Shown one piece after another: positions 23,519-36,016 of a stretch of 64,000 nt of DNA. The position numbers and the translations under genes were made by a program. Below the pieces are notes generated by a model that was not told the DNA's origin, did no database searches, and saw only the letters and a program-made list of their open reading frames with translations. Every line of letters begins with the position of its first letter. Positions within the stretch are counted from its first letter, which is position 1. This DNA is from Antedon mediterranea (Eukaryota; Animalia; Echinodermata): contig NC_092670.1 in NCBI RefSeq assembly GCF_964355755.1, forward strand, positions 1,168,201-1,232,200, written 5' to 3'.

Positions 23519-24765
23519 ACTGTAGTAATATTATACAGTGTTTTGTTTTTGAAAAAATGTAGCGACAAACTCGTCCGTCAATCAAGTGACCAGCACAACG
23601 CAACCGTTCCCGCGGTGGTTGGGTGGTGAAGCAAGTTTTCTTCAGCCTAGCCGAGTAGGCCTAGCTTTAAGCAGGAAATAAAAAAAGATATTACGTTTCT
23701 GCAACACTGAAAACGTTGACCTATTTTAAAATTATTTTTCGTCAATATTTTAACACTAAAGCAGTTATGTAACATATATAACTGTGTAAACAGACAAGGC
23801 CAAAAGGTTTGGTAAACTCGTCGGGGCGGCGATGGCGTACAATAACTTGACCTTTGTTATTACTTTTTGTCTGCGGTGACCGGTTCTTGTTAAAAATTGC
23901 GTTACAGTAACTAATTTTATTGTTAACATTTACTAACAATTATAAAAACTTAATACATTTCAGACTACATAATACTTATCCTTCCTTGAAAAGTTCAATG
24001 TTTTTTTTGTACTAGGAAAATATAACAATCATAGAGTACTGTATAATTATTTTTTTTTAAACACCTTAAAATGCAATAAATTTAACCCGGATTAAACCCC
24101 TTTTGGATATCTAGAAGCACGTACATAGTTTTAATTAGGTTTATGCAATTAAGTTAAAATAAAAACTTTATTTTATTATTACTTTAAACTTTCTTTATAT
24201 TTTATTTAATAAGACACTTGTAATTTGTTATTGAGCTATGGAGAATTTTGTACTCTGTATTCTTTTTTCCGAAATAAAGATGGAAAAAAATAACAAGTGT
24301 AATATGGAGGAACAATCTCTAATGTGAGATGGTACAAGTATAGGAAAAAAATCATTTTCCTCCATGGTATGAGCTACGTATCATTCAGACAACAATTAAT
24401 ACTAATTTGTTTTTATTAGTCCAGATCGTGTGGTATTCATATCACCTTCGAAAATCAAACTTAATTTTTTTTGTATATTTTAGTTTAGATCTGTCGTTTT
24501 TCATCTTATGCTTTGTATAATTGTTGTTTATATTTTATGAAGTAAAGACTGTAATGGACGCACCCGCGGTGGTGGTGCGCGCCACTGTTCCATTTGAAAT
24601 AAATAACGCGTTTTTCATAAACCAAAGAACGAAACGAAACGTTTAAGTATTGTCGACGCAGTACAGAAATCTTATCCGTATTTAAAGTGCGCATGCTCAG
24701 ATCAATTTCGTGCCTAGCAACAAAAAACTAAAAAGTTTGGAGTTTGATTGTTGCATTTAAAATAG
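23519..24765. promoter_or_regulatory. Divergent promoter region between the TOM1-like gene and DNAI2, with an RFX X-box-like site and an NRF1-like site near the DNAI2 start
   Basis: CpG-enriched patches at 23560-23900 and 24555-24720; TGCGCATGC 24688-24696; GTGCCTAGCAAC 24710-24721; probable 5'UTR donor AG|GTTTGT at ~24765. Confidence 0.5.
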
Positions 24766-24974
24766 GTTTGTACCTAAAATTAGGACGTATTATGAACTGC
24801 AAATGTTGTATCTTATATCTCAAATTTATAAAACACTGTTAAATGCAAATAAGATTAAATATTTTAAGTGCAGTTATTTAGTTTTAACAATAAATAAGGA
24901 GGCCTAGGCTAGAGGTTAGGCTAGGCCTACCCTACTACTGTACTTACTAGCTAGCCTAGTAGGTTAGCTAGGCC

Positions 24975-25265
24975 CGATAGGTTGGCTTGGGCCTCTAGCG
25001 ATTAGCCTAGGAGTAGTCCTAGGCTAGGCCTAGCTAGCTAGTAGGAGTCACCTACCCCTCTCTGTCTGGCCTTAAACTAAACTAGCAAGCCTGCTGCTGG
25101 CTAGCTAGGCTAGGCCTACTAGCTAGCTAGGAGGCCTCCTACTAGGCCTAGTACTATAGTACTAGAGTCTAGGGGTAGGTGACTCCTACTAGCTAGCTAG
25201 GCCGGTAGCCTAGCTAGGACTACTCCCAGGCTAATCGCTAGAGGCCCAACCAAGCCAACCTATCG
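24975..25265. repeat. CTAG-rich inverted repeat (~85-95-bp arms) in the DNAI2 5' intron
   Basis: 24975-25059 (CGATAGGTTGGCTTGG...GTCACCTACCCCT) is the reverse complement of 25171-25265 apart from small indels. Confidence 0.85.
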
Positions 25266-25560
25266 ACCCTACCCTGCTACGCTATATAGGCCTATGATCA
25301 TTATTATGGACAGGTAGCTCTCTGTGTCTGTGTTTGTGTTTAGAAAATGCTCAGAAAAGGACTACAGGAATAAATAGGCTAGGTTAGTAAGAATAAGATA
25401 ATAAATATAAATAAATAATGAATGCTGTTTTTGCTGAATGTAGTTGTACTGTAGGTAGGCTAGCCTAGCTAGGAGGGCATAGAGAGAGACCTTACCTAGG
25501 CCTAGGCTTATATAATTATATGTGTAGTAAATAACAAAAACATTTACATTTCAGGTAAAT

Positions 25561-28500
25561 ATGGAGATTGTCTACGTCTATACAAAAAAGCGAAGCGAGT
25601 TTGGCAGACAGTGTAACTTTTCAGACAGACCAGCAGAATTGCATGTTGACATCTTGCCAGATGAAAGCTTAACAACAAATTTTGTGGAAAAGAATCCTGT
25701 TGATCGAGGAATACAATGTGTTCAAGAAATGTCAGAGCATGAGGTATCAATAGCCTGAAAACATTTTCAGTTTTGGAAAGCATGTTATCCACAGTTCAAA
25801 GACGCCTTCCCTCTGTTTTTTTAGATCTAATTTAAGATCACAAACTATATTTAATGTAAAAATAAAACTATATGGCCCTATTACGATAACTTTTTTTGTC
25901 TTTAAATGGTTAAAAATGTGAAAAATAAGTTGATTCTAATAATTATAGCGGCCCGCTATAAATCCCAAAATGCATTGCGCGCGGATTGATATTTTTGTTT
26001 TTCATTCACCCACTTTTTGATCGATCGTGAGGCCAAAACAAATGGAAGACTCCTAACTTTTCAGCGAAAATACCGGGTTTTCCCTAAATAATTTGTATCA
26101 ACGGGGTCTGGCAAAAATAGAAAGAAAAAAATGAATGCAGCAACGATGCAACGTCAGGCTAGGTATATAGCTAGCGTACGATGTTCGTTCGTTACCGATG
26201 TTTACCAGCTAAGCCTACAAAACTAAGCCTAGCTAGGCTAGACCTAAAGACCGTCGACGAGAGGTCATTCGCTGCGAGCTACTTAGGTAGTGCATTGTTT
26301 CTCACTTTTTATTATAATTTACCATAAAACGTACATTTAAAGACAAGGAATGACCTGGTTTAATGTTTTTAAAGTAATATATATGTATTATTTTTACAAA
26401 ACGTCACAAATTGTAGGGAAGGTGTCTTTAACAATTATCCTGTAATTGGCAAGTTTCTTGCTTTATATTGGATGTGTAAGAAAAAAGAACACCTCACCTC
26501 AAAGCTAAATTGCATTACATGATAGCTGTTCTAAATTTAATCTACTTGATATTCCTTTTCTTTGCAGGTCAATACTGAAAGATTTGAAACGGACACACGA
26601 GGTATTAATCATGTGGAGGGTGGTTGGCCAAAAGATGTTAATCCACAAGAAGTAGAACAAGTTATTAGGTATAGAAAGAAGGTAGAAAAAGACGAGATGT
26701 ATATCACTACAATTCAACAGCTTGGCACAGTAAGTTTAACTCCTTTTCAAATGTTCTATTTTTTATTATAAAATATAAACATTTGTAACAACATTGATTA
26801 ATAACCCTACGAAACAAGCATCATCATGCTGTATACTTTTTCGTCATATTGTTAATTTAGCCACAATTGATATAATCCAATGTCAAAATGAAGTTCCGTT
26901 TCAGTTTTATTTCACACAACACATTACACTATATATACATTTGTACTTATATATAATAATAAAACATTTGATTGTGTGTGGAGGTTACAATAAGCCATAA
27001 TGGCTTTAAGTCTGAAACTCCATTGAGAACTAATTAATTTACTAATTCTCTTACTAAGCTAATGGAACACTGCATCAGGCAAAACAATGCAATTGACATC
27101 TATGAGGACTATTTTGCGGATTTGGAAATTGAGGAGACAGAAGAAACTCCATCAGCTAAGACCATCAATGTATTTAGGTTGGTTTTAGGGAGTTAATTAA
27201 TTATTAAATTGTTTTCTTCCATTAATTCTCACTGTAATACATTTCTCTGCTGTTGTTTATATCATGATATATTAATAAATCAAAAATAAGTACTTGCACA
27301 TAGCAGCTAAAGCAGAATTAAGTCAGTACAAATTACGATCTCTAGTCACGAACAGTCCTATTAAGGGGATACTTTTGTGTGAAACAAACATGGAAAATGT
27401 TTTAATCGTGCAGCCAACCCCTACTCAGGTTACACCCAATTAAGGGCACACACAAATACATATCGTGCAGCCAACCCCTACTCAGGTTACACCCAATTAA
27501 GGGCACACACAAATACATATCGTGCAGCCAACCCCTACTCAGGTTACACCCAATTAAGGGCACACATAAATACATATCGTGCAGCCAACCCCTACTCAGG
27601 TTACACCCAATTAAGGGCACACACAAATACATATTCTACTGTATAAATTCATAATTCAACTTTCTTTTGTTTTTCTTAAAGAGATCCAAATGAAATAAAA
27701 AGAACAGCAACACATCTGTCCTGGTATCCAGATGGTGCTAAGAAACTTGCTGTGGCGTACTCAAATCTGGAGTTTCAACGATCGTCACCAGACACAAGTT
27801 TTGATTCATACATTTGGGACATAGGTTTGTTTACAAATGTTCAATATTATTAAGTCGTATTTGATAGCACTGCCAGGTCATCAAATTCTAGAGTCAATGA
27901 CATCTTATTTTAGAATTTATTTCACTTGCATTCAAGCATCTTGCTGACAATATAAAAAGCCTACACTATCAAACTTTATATGACAACAAATGTGATGTGC
28001 CCATATATGGACATGATGATGTCATATCACTACCATATTTGGGCACATCACACCTTTTTTGTCAAACCAGTTTAATAGTGTAGACAGAGCTTAAGACTCT
28101 ATATTAATCCTTATTTTCTTTGTCTCTTAGTGATTACAATTATTATTGAAACTTTGATTGTATTGATAACAAACTACTGTATTCCATTTTTTGTACAGAG
28201 AATCCAAACAAACCAGAAACAATAATAAAGCCAGCCTCACCGCTTGTTTGTCTTGAGTACAATCCAAAAGATGTGCATGTTTTGATAGGAGGCTGTTACA
28301 ATGGTCAAATAGGTAAGAAGTGAGGTGTAGTTGGTCCATCATCTCTTGTACAAATAGGTTTCATAACAGCTTTTATCCAACTGCCATTCAGGCACTGAAT
28401 GCTTGTCAGTATACCATACGAGAGTGATGTGATGTATATCTCAGAGCAAACATAATTTCTATGTATATTTTATATGCAAATAACAATAAACGGAAGTAAT

Positions 28501-31500
28501 TTTATTTGATGATAGTTTGAATTCCATCTGCAGATTACAACAATTTCTTTATTTTCAGCTTATTGGGACACAAGAAAAGGTTCGCACCCTGTAGAAATAT
28601 CTCTAGTAGAAAACAGCCACATGGATCCTGTCTACAAAGTGATCTGGTTACAGTCTAAGACTGGAACAGAGTGCTTCTCAGCATCCACTGATGGTCAAGT
28701 GCTATGGTGGGACATCAGAAAGGCTGGAGAACCCATTGAAAAATTGATTATGGATCCATCGAAAAAGGGCAACATTAACAATGCTCTAGGTGTGGTGGCG
28801 CTGGAGTACGAACCAACCATTGTAAGTAGGAAAAAGGGCAACATTAACAATGCTCTAGGTGTGGTGGCGCTGGAGTACGAACCAACCATTGTAAGTAGGA
28901 AAAAGGGCAACATTAACAATGCTCTAGGTGTGGTGGCGCTGGAGTACGAACCAACCATTGTAAGTAGGAAAAAGGGCAACATTAACAATGCTCTAGGTGT
29001 GGTGGCGCTGGAGTACGAACCAACCATTGTAAGTAGGAAAAAGGGCAACATTAACAATGCTCTAGGTGTGGTGGCGCTGGAGTACGAACCAACCATTGTA
29101 AGTAGGAAAAAGGGCAACATTAACAATGCTCTAGGTGTGGTGGCGCTGGAGTACGAACCAACCATTGTAAGTAGTTAACAGTAATACTGTACTGATGCAG
29201 GTATAAGCCCACCTCCCTTGAACATAAATCATATCCAGTTTGCGGAGTGGGATTATTATTCCTGAAACCCAACAATGTAGGCTAGATTATATTAAGACTA
29301 GATTTTGAAAGAAATTCAACTCACCATTTAAAAAAAAACAGAAATTAAGTACGGTACACTTTCATAGCTCTCTTGTTTAATTCTATAGCCTACAAAATTC
29401 ATGGTTGGCACAGAGAGAGGCACTATCATCTCTTGTAACAGAAAGGCCAAGACTCCGGCAGAGAAGATTGTTGCCAGCTACAAAGAACACCAAGGTCCAG
29501 TGTACGCCCTCCAAAGAAATCCATTCTTTCCTAAGAACTTTCTCACAGTTGGTGACTGGACAGCTAGGGTGAGTTTGACTTTTTTTCTGAAAGTACAGTT
29601 ACAGGCCAAACCATAGTTCATTTTCAGTTGAGTTTTTTGTCCAGGTGAGATTCAGAACTATATTCACTTTCCTCTGCATTTTAAATCTGAGATCTAGAAA
29701 TATCAGATTCATAATGCTGTTCAGTGCTGTTAAAATGTTTACTACCAACATGTGTAAAGCTCTGTCTACACTATCAAACTTTATGTGATGTGCCCATATA
29801 TAGACATGATAATGTCATATCACTACCATATTTGGGCATATCACTACCATATTTGGTCAATATTTGGTCTTTTTTGTCAAACTAGTGTGGACAGAGCTTT
29901 AGAAATATTCATTCAAGTGTTGTTGAGTAGTCTTACTCATGTGTAAGTCCCTTAACAAGTTCATTATTGTCTTACAGATTTGGTCTGAGGATATTAGGGA
30001 ATCATCAATCATGTGGACTAAGTATGATCCTATCATTACTGTGCAATATAGATATATATCACTTGATCAAGACTCTACTACTCTACTACTTTTAACAATC
30101 AACTTTTATGTAATATTTTTATTTTGGATCAACTACTCTTTTAAATAAGCAAAATTTTATTTAATTCTGTTCAGAAATAGTTGATATCAAAAGATTTACT
30201 ATTTAGATTTTGTTGTTATATATTTCCACCTTCTGTTCATATTTGTTATATGTTACAGAGGCTCCTTGAGACTAATACTGTGTCTTGTGAGGAGCCTCTG
30301 AGTAAAATATTGAATAGAAAAAGAATAAATACAGTTTATCACTTATGGCTATACATTCACTGCCACTATTCACCTTGTTCTATCCAATGTGCCTATAACA
30401 AAAGAAAAGTTTTCCAAAATGTCTGTGTGGTTGGACAAACATTGTCATGTAATTTGATTACAGGTACCACTCATCTTACATGACTGATGGCTGTTGGAGT
30501 CCAGTTCGGCCAGCTGTGTTCTTCACCACCAAGGACGATGGTAGCCTTGATGTCTGGGATTACCTCTTCAAACAGAATGACCCAACACTCAGCCTACAAG
30601 TAAGAATGATGATGATGCTGATGTCAACAATTATTGATGATGATTATTAATGTTGATGTACTGTATAGATTCAACTTGTTGTCCTTCTTGATAGCAATAT
30701 GGGCTTTGGATTGGTGACTGAATGTGTTGAACACTATTACAGAACCGTAACATTTACATATAAAACAAGTTCCAATAGTCTTTAATCACAATATATTGTC
30801 CATCAGAGTTTCTACTACTGTATAATTTACATGTCCTGTACACTGACCACCCCCTCCTCTCCCTCTTGCCTTAAAAGGGCACCCAGTATAGAAGAACACA
30901 AAAATAAATTGTGATTCATTTTAGGTTTGTGATGAACAGCTGCAAAGTATCCGTGTCCAAGATCAAGGCAAGTTGATAGCAACTGGTTCAGAACGTGGAA
31001 CCACAACTCTGCTAGAGCTCTCGAGTAGTCTCTGTACAATGCAGAGAAATGAGAAGGCGCTTGTGACTGCGATGTTTGAGAGGGAGACCAAACGAGAGAA
31101 GATCCTGGAGTCGCGCCAGAGGGAACTGAAACTGAAACGAGCTGTTGCCAGTGCTCAAGGAGATGCAGTAAGTTCTAACTTTAAAAAAAAATAGGGGCTA
31201 CACAATTAAAACAAATAAAAAAATATACTCTACTTATTTTTTTTTTTATTATATATTATTTCTCAAAATAATTTCTACCAGTGACATGCATATTCATTTT
31301 GTCTGAAAATACAGACTTGTGAAACACGTATAGAAATCGATTTGCAGACCGCAAACATACGATAAGAATGACGTAGGTTATCATACCGTATTTGGCTATA
31401 TTGGGCGGGCGGTATGTAAATATGGATTTCGAATCAACCAATGATCATTTTGTTTCAAAATGAAAGAGATCGAGTACGTAGGCCTACCAGTGCTTAATGT

Positions 31501-33075
31501 ACGATCGAGACTGTTGAAATATAAATAGTAATGCCAAGTTGTTTTGTTTATTAATTGTTTAGTCCTTGGCCTAGGCCTCTTTCGTAGGTCCTACTCAACT
31601 CGCATGTATGACCTGCCAAATAAAACGCCAATGAAGTAGGCCTACATACCACCGGCACACAACAGGGCTACACCACCACACAGAACAGGACAGGGTCTGG
31701 GTGGGAATTAAATCAAAATTATCTCCGCGTAATAAATGATCCATTCAATGTTTGATTTGCGGAGAAGCTAGCCTATCATATCAAGACGAGTTTTCATGTT
31801 TCAAAGATCCCATCAAATGTTTACCAGACTACTACTGTAGGCATATAAAATAATTTCTAGCCTTCAGAACTTTCATAAATGTACCCAAGTACACATTGTC
31901 TAAACGTAACATAGCGCATGCGCATCATCTTAGTCTTTGAAATTCTGAAATATGAATATTTAAACGGTGTACGAGAGAGTAGCCAATCGCATGCAGCTGA
32001 AACTAGTCAACCGGATAATCGTATGCACCAAGAATTCTTGTGCGTGTTTCCCCAGACGGAGTATCCAAAATCTAGTAGTATACGTATGAAACGCCATATG
32101 TGCCAAAATATTTATATTTTAACTAATATTAAGACAAAACTCCGTCTGGAACCCAGACTAATTCATCCTCTGATAAACTGATTTTTAAAAATATTTTAAT
32201 TATTTCTTGTTAGGAAAATGAAGATCAAGGGCGTGAAAATGAAGACGAAGATCTCGTAGCTTTGGCGGAGCAAGACTTCTTTTCAATTATCAACACAGAA
32301 AGGAAAAAAGCAGATGCTAATAAAGCAAAGGTTGAAGAACAACAAATGATTATTGAAGAAGAAGAAAAGAAGGTAAGGATTAAAAATGAGGAAATGCAAA
32401 AGTGCAAAAATATATTTGAAAAAAACATTTTTTTTTAATTAAAGTTTATTACTTACAGTATTTCTTTTTTTTCTTTAACATGAAAATAATTTCTTTTGAA
32501 AGGATATTTTAAACTCAAGTTTAATTTTATTATGCTGTCGGAAGTTTGGCAACATTGACGACATCACCTTAAACACTTTGGTGTTAATCAAGGACTATAG
32601 TTGGAAAAGCTCTCGAAAAATTCTGTGAAAGCAGCAGCTGATATAAACTATTTAAAATATATTATACATTAAAAATAATATAAAATAAAAACAGCCTCTT
32701 TTACAGATATTTAGGGCAAATTTTTGTCCAAACCATAGTAATGTGGTGTTTTAAATTAACAAATGAATCATGTATTTTACAGGGAAACAGTGATAGCGAA
32801 GGAGAGAAGAAAGACTCAGAAAATGGTGAAAAGGGGGATGAAGAAAAAGAGGTATGTTCTTAACAAAATAATACACCTAATTGAAAATAATAAGCAAATC
32901 AATTTAAGTAGAAGAGTATGAATGAATAAATAAACCACCTGTGTAAGCACATGCCCGCAATTTTATCAATTTAAGTAGAAGAGTATGAATGAATAAATAA
33001 ACCACCTGTGTAAGCACATGCCCGCAATTTTTTCCCATTTGTTTTTTTCAATTTTATTCTTTTATTTTTTAGTGA
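25561..33075 (+). CDS. DNAI2: Dynein axonemal intermediate chain 2 (outer-arm IC, WD40), ~605 aa
   Basis: Exons: 25561-25743, 26568-26729, 27059-27177, 27682-27824, 28199-28312, 28559-28821, 29389-29568, 29978-30021, 30464-30599, 30925-31167, 32214-32372, 32783-32851, stop TGA 33073-33075. Motifs [94 protein letters not shown]. Confidence 0.96.
25800..26427. mobile_element. Kolobok-like MITE in a DNAI2 intron
   Basis: TCAA|AGACGCCTTCCCT ... AGGGAAGGTGTCT|TTAA (13-bp TIR with 1 mismatch, degenerate TTAA TSD), CpG-rich interior. Confidence 0.65.
27404..27632. repeat. 57-bp tandem repeat x4
   Basis: Unit ATCGTGCAGCCAACCCCTACTCAGGTTACACCCAATTAAGGGCACACACAAATACAT. Confidence 0.95.
27958..28091. 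mobile_element. ~140-bp palindromic MITE (PIF/Harbinger-like), copy 1
   Basis: CTACACTATCAAACT...GTGATGTGCCCATATATGGACATGATGATGTCATATCACTACCATATTTGGGCACATCAC...AGTGTAGACAGAGCT|TAA. Confidence 0.75.
28761..29174 (+). repeat. 69-bp perfect tandem repeat x6 copying the DNAI2 exon 6 end and its splice donor
   Basis: Each unit ends ...CCAACCATT|GTAAGTAG; donors after 28821, 28890, 28959, 29028, 29097, 29166. Confidence 0.97.
29758..29898. mobile_element. ~140-bp palindromic MITE, copy 2
   Basis: TAA|AGCTCTGTCTACACTATCAAACT ... GTGTGGACAGAGCT|TTA; same interior as copy 1. Confidence 0.75.
32898..33029. repeat. 67-bp tandem duplication in the last DNAI2 intron
   Basis: ATCAATTTAAGTAGAAGAG...CACATGCCCGCAATTTT twice. 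Confidence 0.9.
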
Positions 33076-34549
33076 CGAAATGGATAGCAATGGGACTTGG
33101 AAAAGCACAATATAACTATTATCAGTTAGTACCTACAAAATAAGACATTTATTTCTTTATGTGAAAGTTGCCTCAATTGTGAGTAATGTAGTTCAAGTTA
33201 ACACAAGAAATTGTGTGGGTACGCAAGCTATTACCACGTTGCATTATGAATATGACAAATATTGTAAAACAATTAAAGAAAGCCTTACATAATAAAAAAA
33301 AATAATTTTGTTTACCATTTTTTTTTCCTCTAAAAAGATGCTCAAAATTTTATTGAAATATTTGTCACATCATATGTAAATATCCTGTACATTTTTGTTA
33401 TGATTTGTTTTAGATTTTGCTTGATAAAACCGTCCAATAAACTTTAACCTTGATATAGATATATAAATATGAAAATTATACTCTAAATTATTATGGTAAT
33501 TAAAGATTGCAAACAGAAGTATTTGAAATTGATTTAAATGTAAATATTTAGTCAAATAATCTTTTTTTACAATAAAATACATTGACAAAACTTATGGTGT
33601 TGTTGGTTTTGTTAGTAGAGGGAGACAAAGTGAGTCCATGGTTGTAGTTGTAGATACTTTGTCCATGTATAGTACAGTGTTACATGTAATTGACAAAGTG
33701 GCAGAAATACACATTGTACAGAACTTCTAAATATTTTGATCATTCTATTTCATGCCTAGCGTACCCGGATAAACCGACAAAAGCCATTGCTGTCCTGGTC
33801 CCAGGAAGAAAATATGACACAAAGTTAAAAGTTCCTTAAGCAACCTTTTATCATAATGGACTGATCCGTCAACATGCCCTAACATACCACCATTATTTCT
33901 TTACATAAACGTGTGTACTGTGTATAAATATTCTAAGTACTGATTAATTATGGATCTACCAAGCAAGCAAGGCAATCTAACAACTCCTTTGATACTACTG
34001 TTGTTTAAGCAGTAATTTACTTATTCGCTGAAATAGACAATGTGTGAATGATCGTCATGTAAGCCCTGGGGGATGCAAATACAATTGTCTGTAATGCTGT
34101 TAGATAAGCCAATGTTGCTATTGAGATCAAAGTTCATCAAAATACAAGCATGATACACCTATATGTATTGCCGTTACATTATTGCATATTCACCTAATTA
34201 CACACAACAGTCGTTGAATTATTACATGGTGAACTACAATTATGAAGAAATAAATTAAGACTCCAATATTATAAAATTGTGCACCTTACAATGATTCAAG
34301 TTAAAAAATTATAAAATAAACAGTTTTATTTATTTATTTATTTATTTCTGAATTAAAATCCAATTTTATTCAAATTAGGCATACCGATTAATATTCTTTA
34401 TAATATAAAAGAATTTAATAAAAAAATACGATCAAATGTGAACAATTTACAGTTATAAGTATCCGAGAAGGAAGTGCAAATGCGGTATGTTTGTTATATA
34501 GGGAATAATAACGTTCTGTCCTGTCTTTACAATAATTGTTTGTATATAT

Positions 34550-36016
34550 CTATAGTTCAGAGTCGCCCATTGTACCGGGAAACTCCATAACCATACGGCG
34601 TTTTGATACGGCTTGCAACAGCTTCCTTCTTGGGCCCATTGGTATACCTAACGTCGACAAATCGTCATCTATAAGGAGAGTTAAGGCGTCTAAGTCAATG
34701 TCTTCTCTATTGAAAACCATCAAGTAATCTTGAAGACCGTTGGCTGCAAGAAAAACTCCTAAAAGCGAATTGCCGGTGTTGTCGTTGTCGTCGTTATCAA
34801 CGTCGTCATCTAAGTCGTCTAAATCAACATCCCACGGAGAAGGATCTATGTAACCTCTCGGTCCAAGTTTTGGGTTAATCTCGTTGTTGCTTTCTCTTCT
34901 TGTTCCAATTCCATTTTTCTCAAAGTCCAAATCATTAAAGCCATTTAACAGATCGTCATCAGGTGTTGCAACTCTTGCAACTTCACCAGTAGGAAGTGAC
35001 GTCATGGCATTCACTGCGTATTGGTCAGTGACCATTAGGAGCGCATTGGATTGCTCCGATTCTGGTGTTAGTTCTGTTTCGTCTGGAATCGGATCATTTT
35101 CACTGAAGTCTCTTTGACTGCGTATTGTCCCTCCTGACGGGCCGCCAGTGGTAGAACTAAATGTTCCTTTTCCTCCTTGTCGTTTTGAAGCTTTCTTACC
35201 AACCGTCGAAGAAGAAGATTTGCTGCCGGGTTTCTTTGAATCATACACGGCATTTTCTTTACTTTCTCTTCGCTCTATTTCTTTTTGCATCTTCGCTTGC
35301 ATTTCAAAGAATTTCTTGGCGCGTTTATCAGCCTCCTTCATCGCTTCCAATTTCAATTTCTTGACGAGCTTTGGATTTGATGCAGACTTTTTGGATGAAA
35401 TATCGTCCAGAAAATCTACACATCGTCTGCGGTTCTTTTCAGCAGCTACGTCCATCGGGGTTTGGTGGTCATTGTTCATAGCCCAGATGCTACAATCAAA
35501 CGACACAAGAAACGTAATTGCATTCAGATGACCACCGGCGGCAGCCCAATGTAGACATGTGTTCCCTTGAAAATCGCACTTCCGTGGATCACCTCTGTAT
35601 AAAAAAAGAGAAAAATTTACTAAGCCTCATCGTTGACATAAACAATAAATATAATATAATAGATAAAATAAAATATAATATGGCCTTATTAGCATATGTC
35701 GAATAATGCAGCAAGTTTGTGCCGAAATCAGATTTTGACCTATTTTGCCGAAAGAACATTCGACCAATGATCTTTAGCCGGCAGCAAATGGTCGCCGAAA
35801 ACAAATTCGCATTCGCTCAATACCATCAAAGCAATATGAAAAAACTCACCCCCTGCTAACAATGACCCTAAGGGTGTCCACGTTACCCTTCACCGCAGCC
35901 CATAGCGTTGGTGTCATGCCATTTTCGTCTAACTTATTGCAGTCTTTTCGTGTCGCTTCACTAAGAACATCCAGCGAACCGTTCTTGGCGGCAATATGGA
36001 ACTTTTCGGCCGCCAT
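34550..36016 (-). CDS. USH1G: USH1G/ANKS4B (SANS/HARP)-like ankyrin-repeat + SAM scaffold, ~403 aa, 2 exons
   Basis: Exons 35850-36016 ([27 protein letters not shown]...GMTPTLWAA...LRVIVSRG) and 34550-35594 ([18 protein letters not shown]...; [33 protein letters not shown]; C-terminal PDZ-binding DSEL). Confidence 0.93.

Noticed and set aside
31195-32160. CpG-richer insert in DNAI2 intron 10, likely TE-derived
   Set aside because: Could not identify matching termini or a TSD by eye
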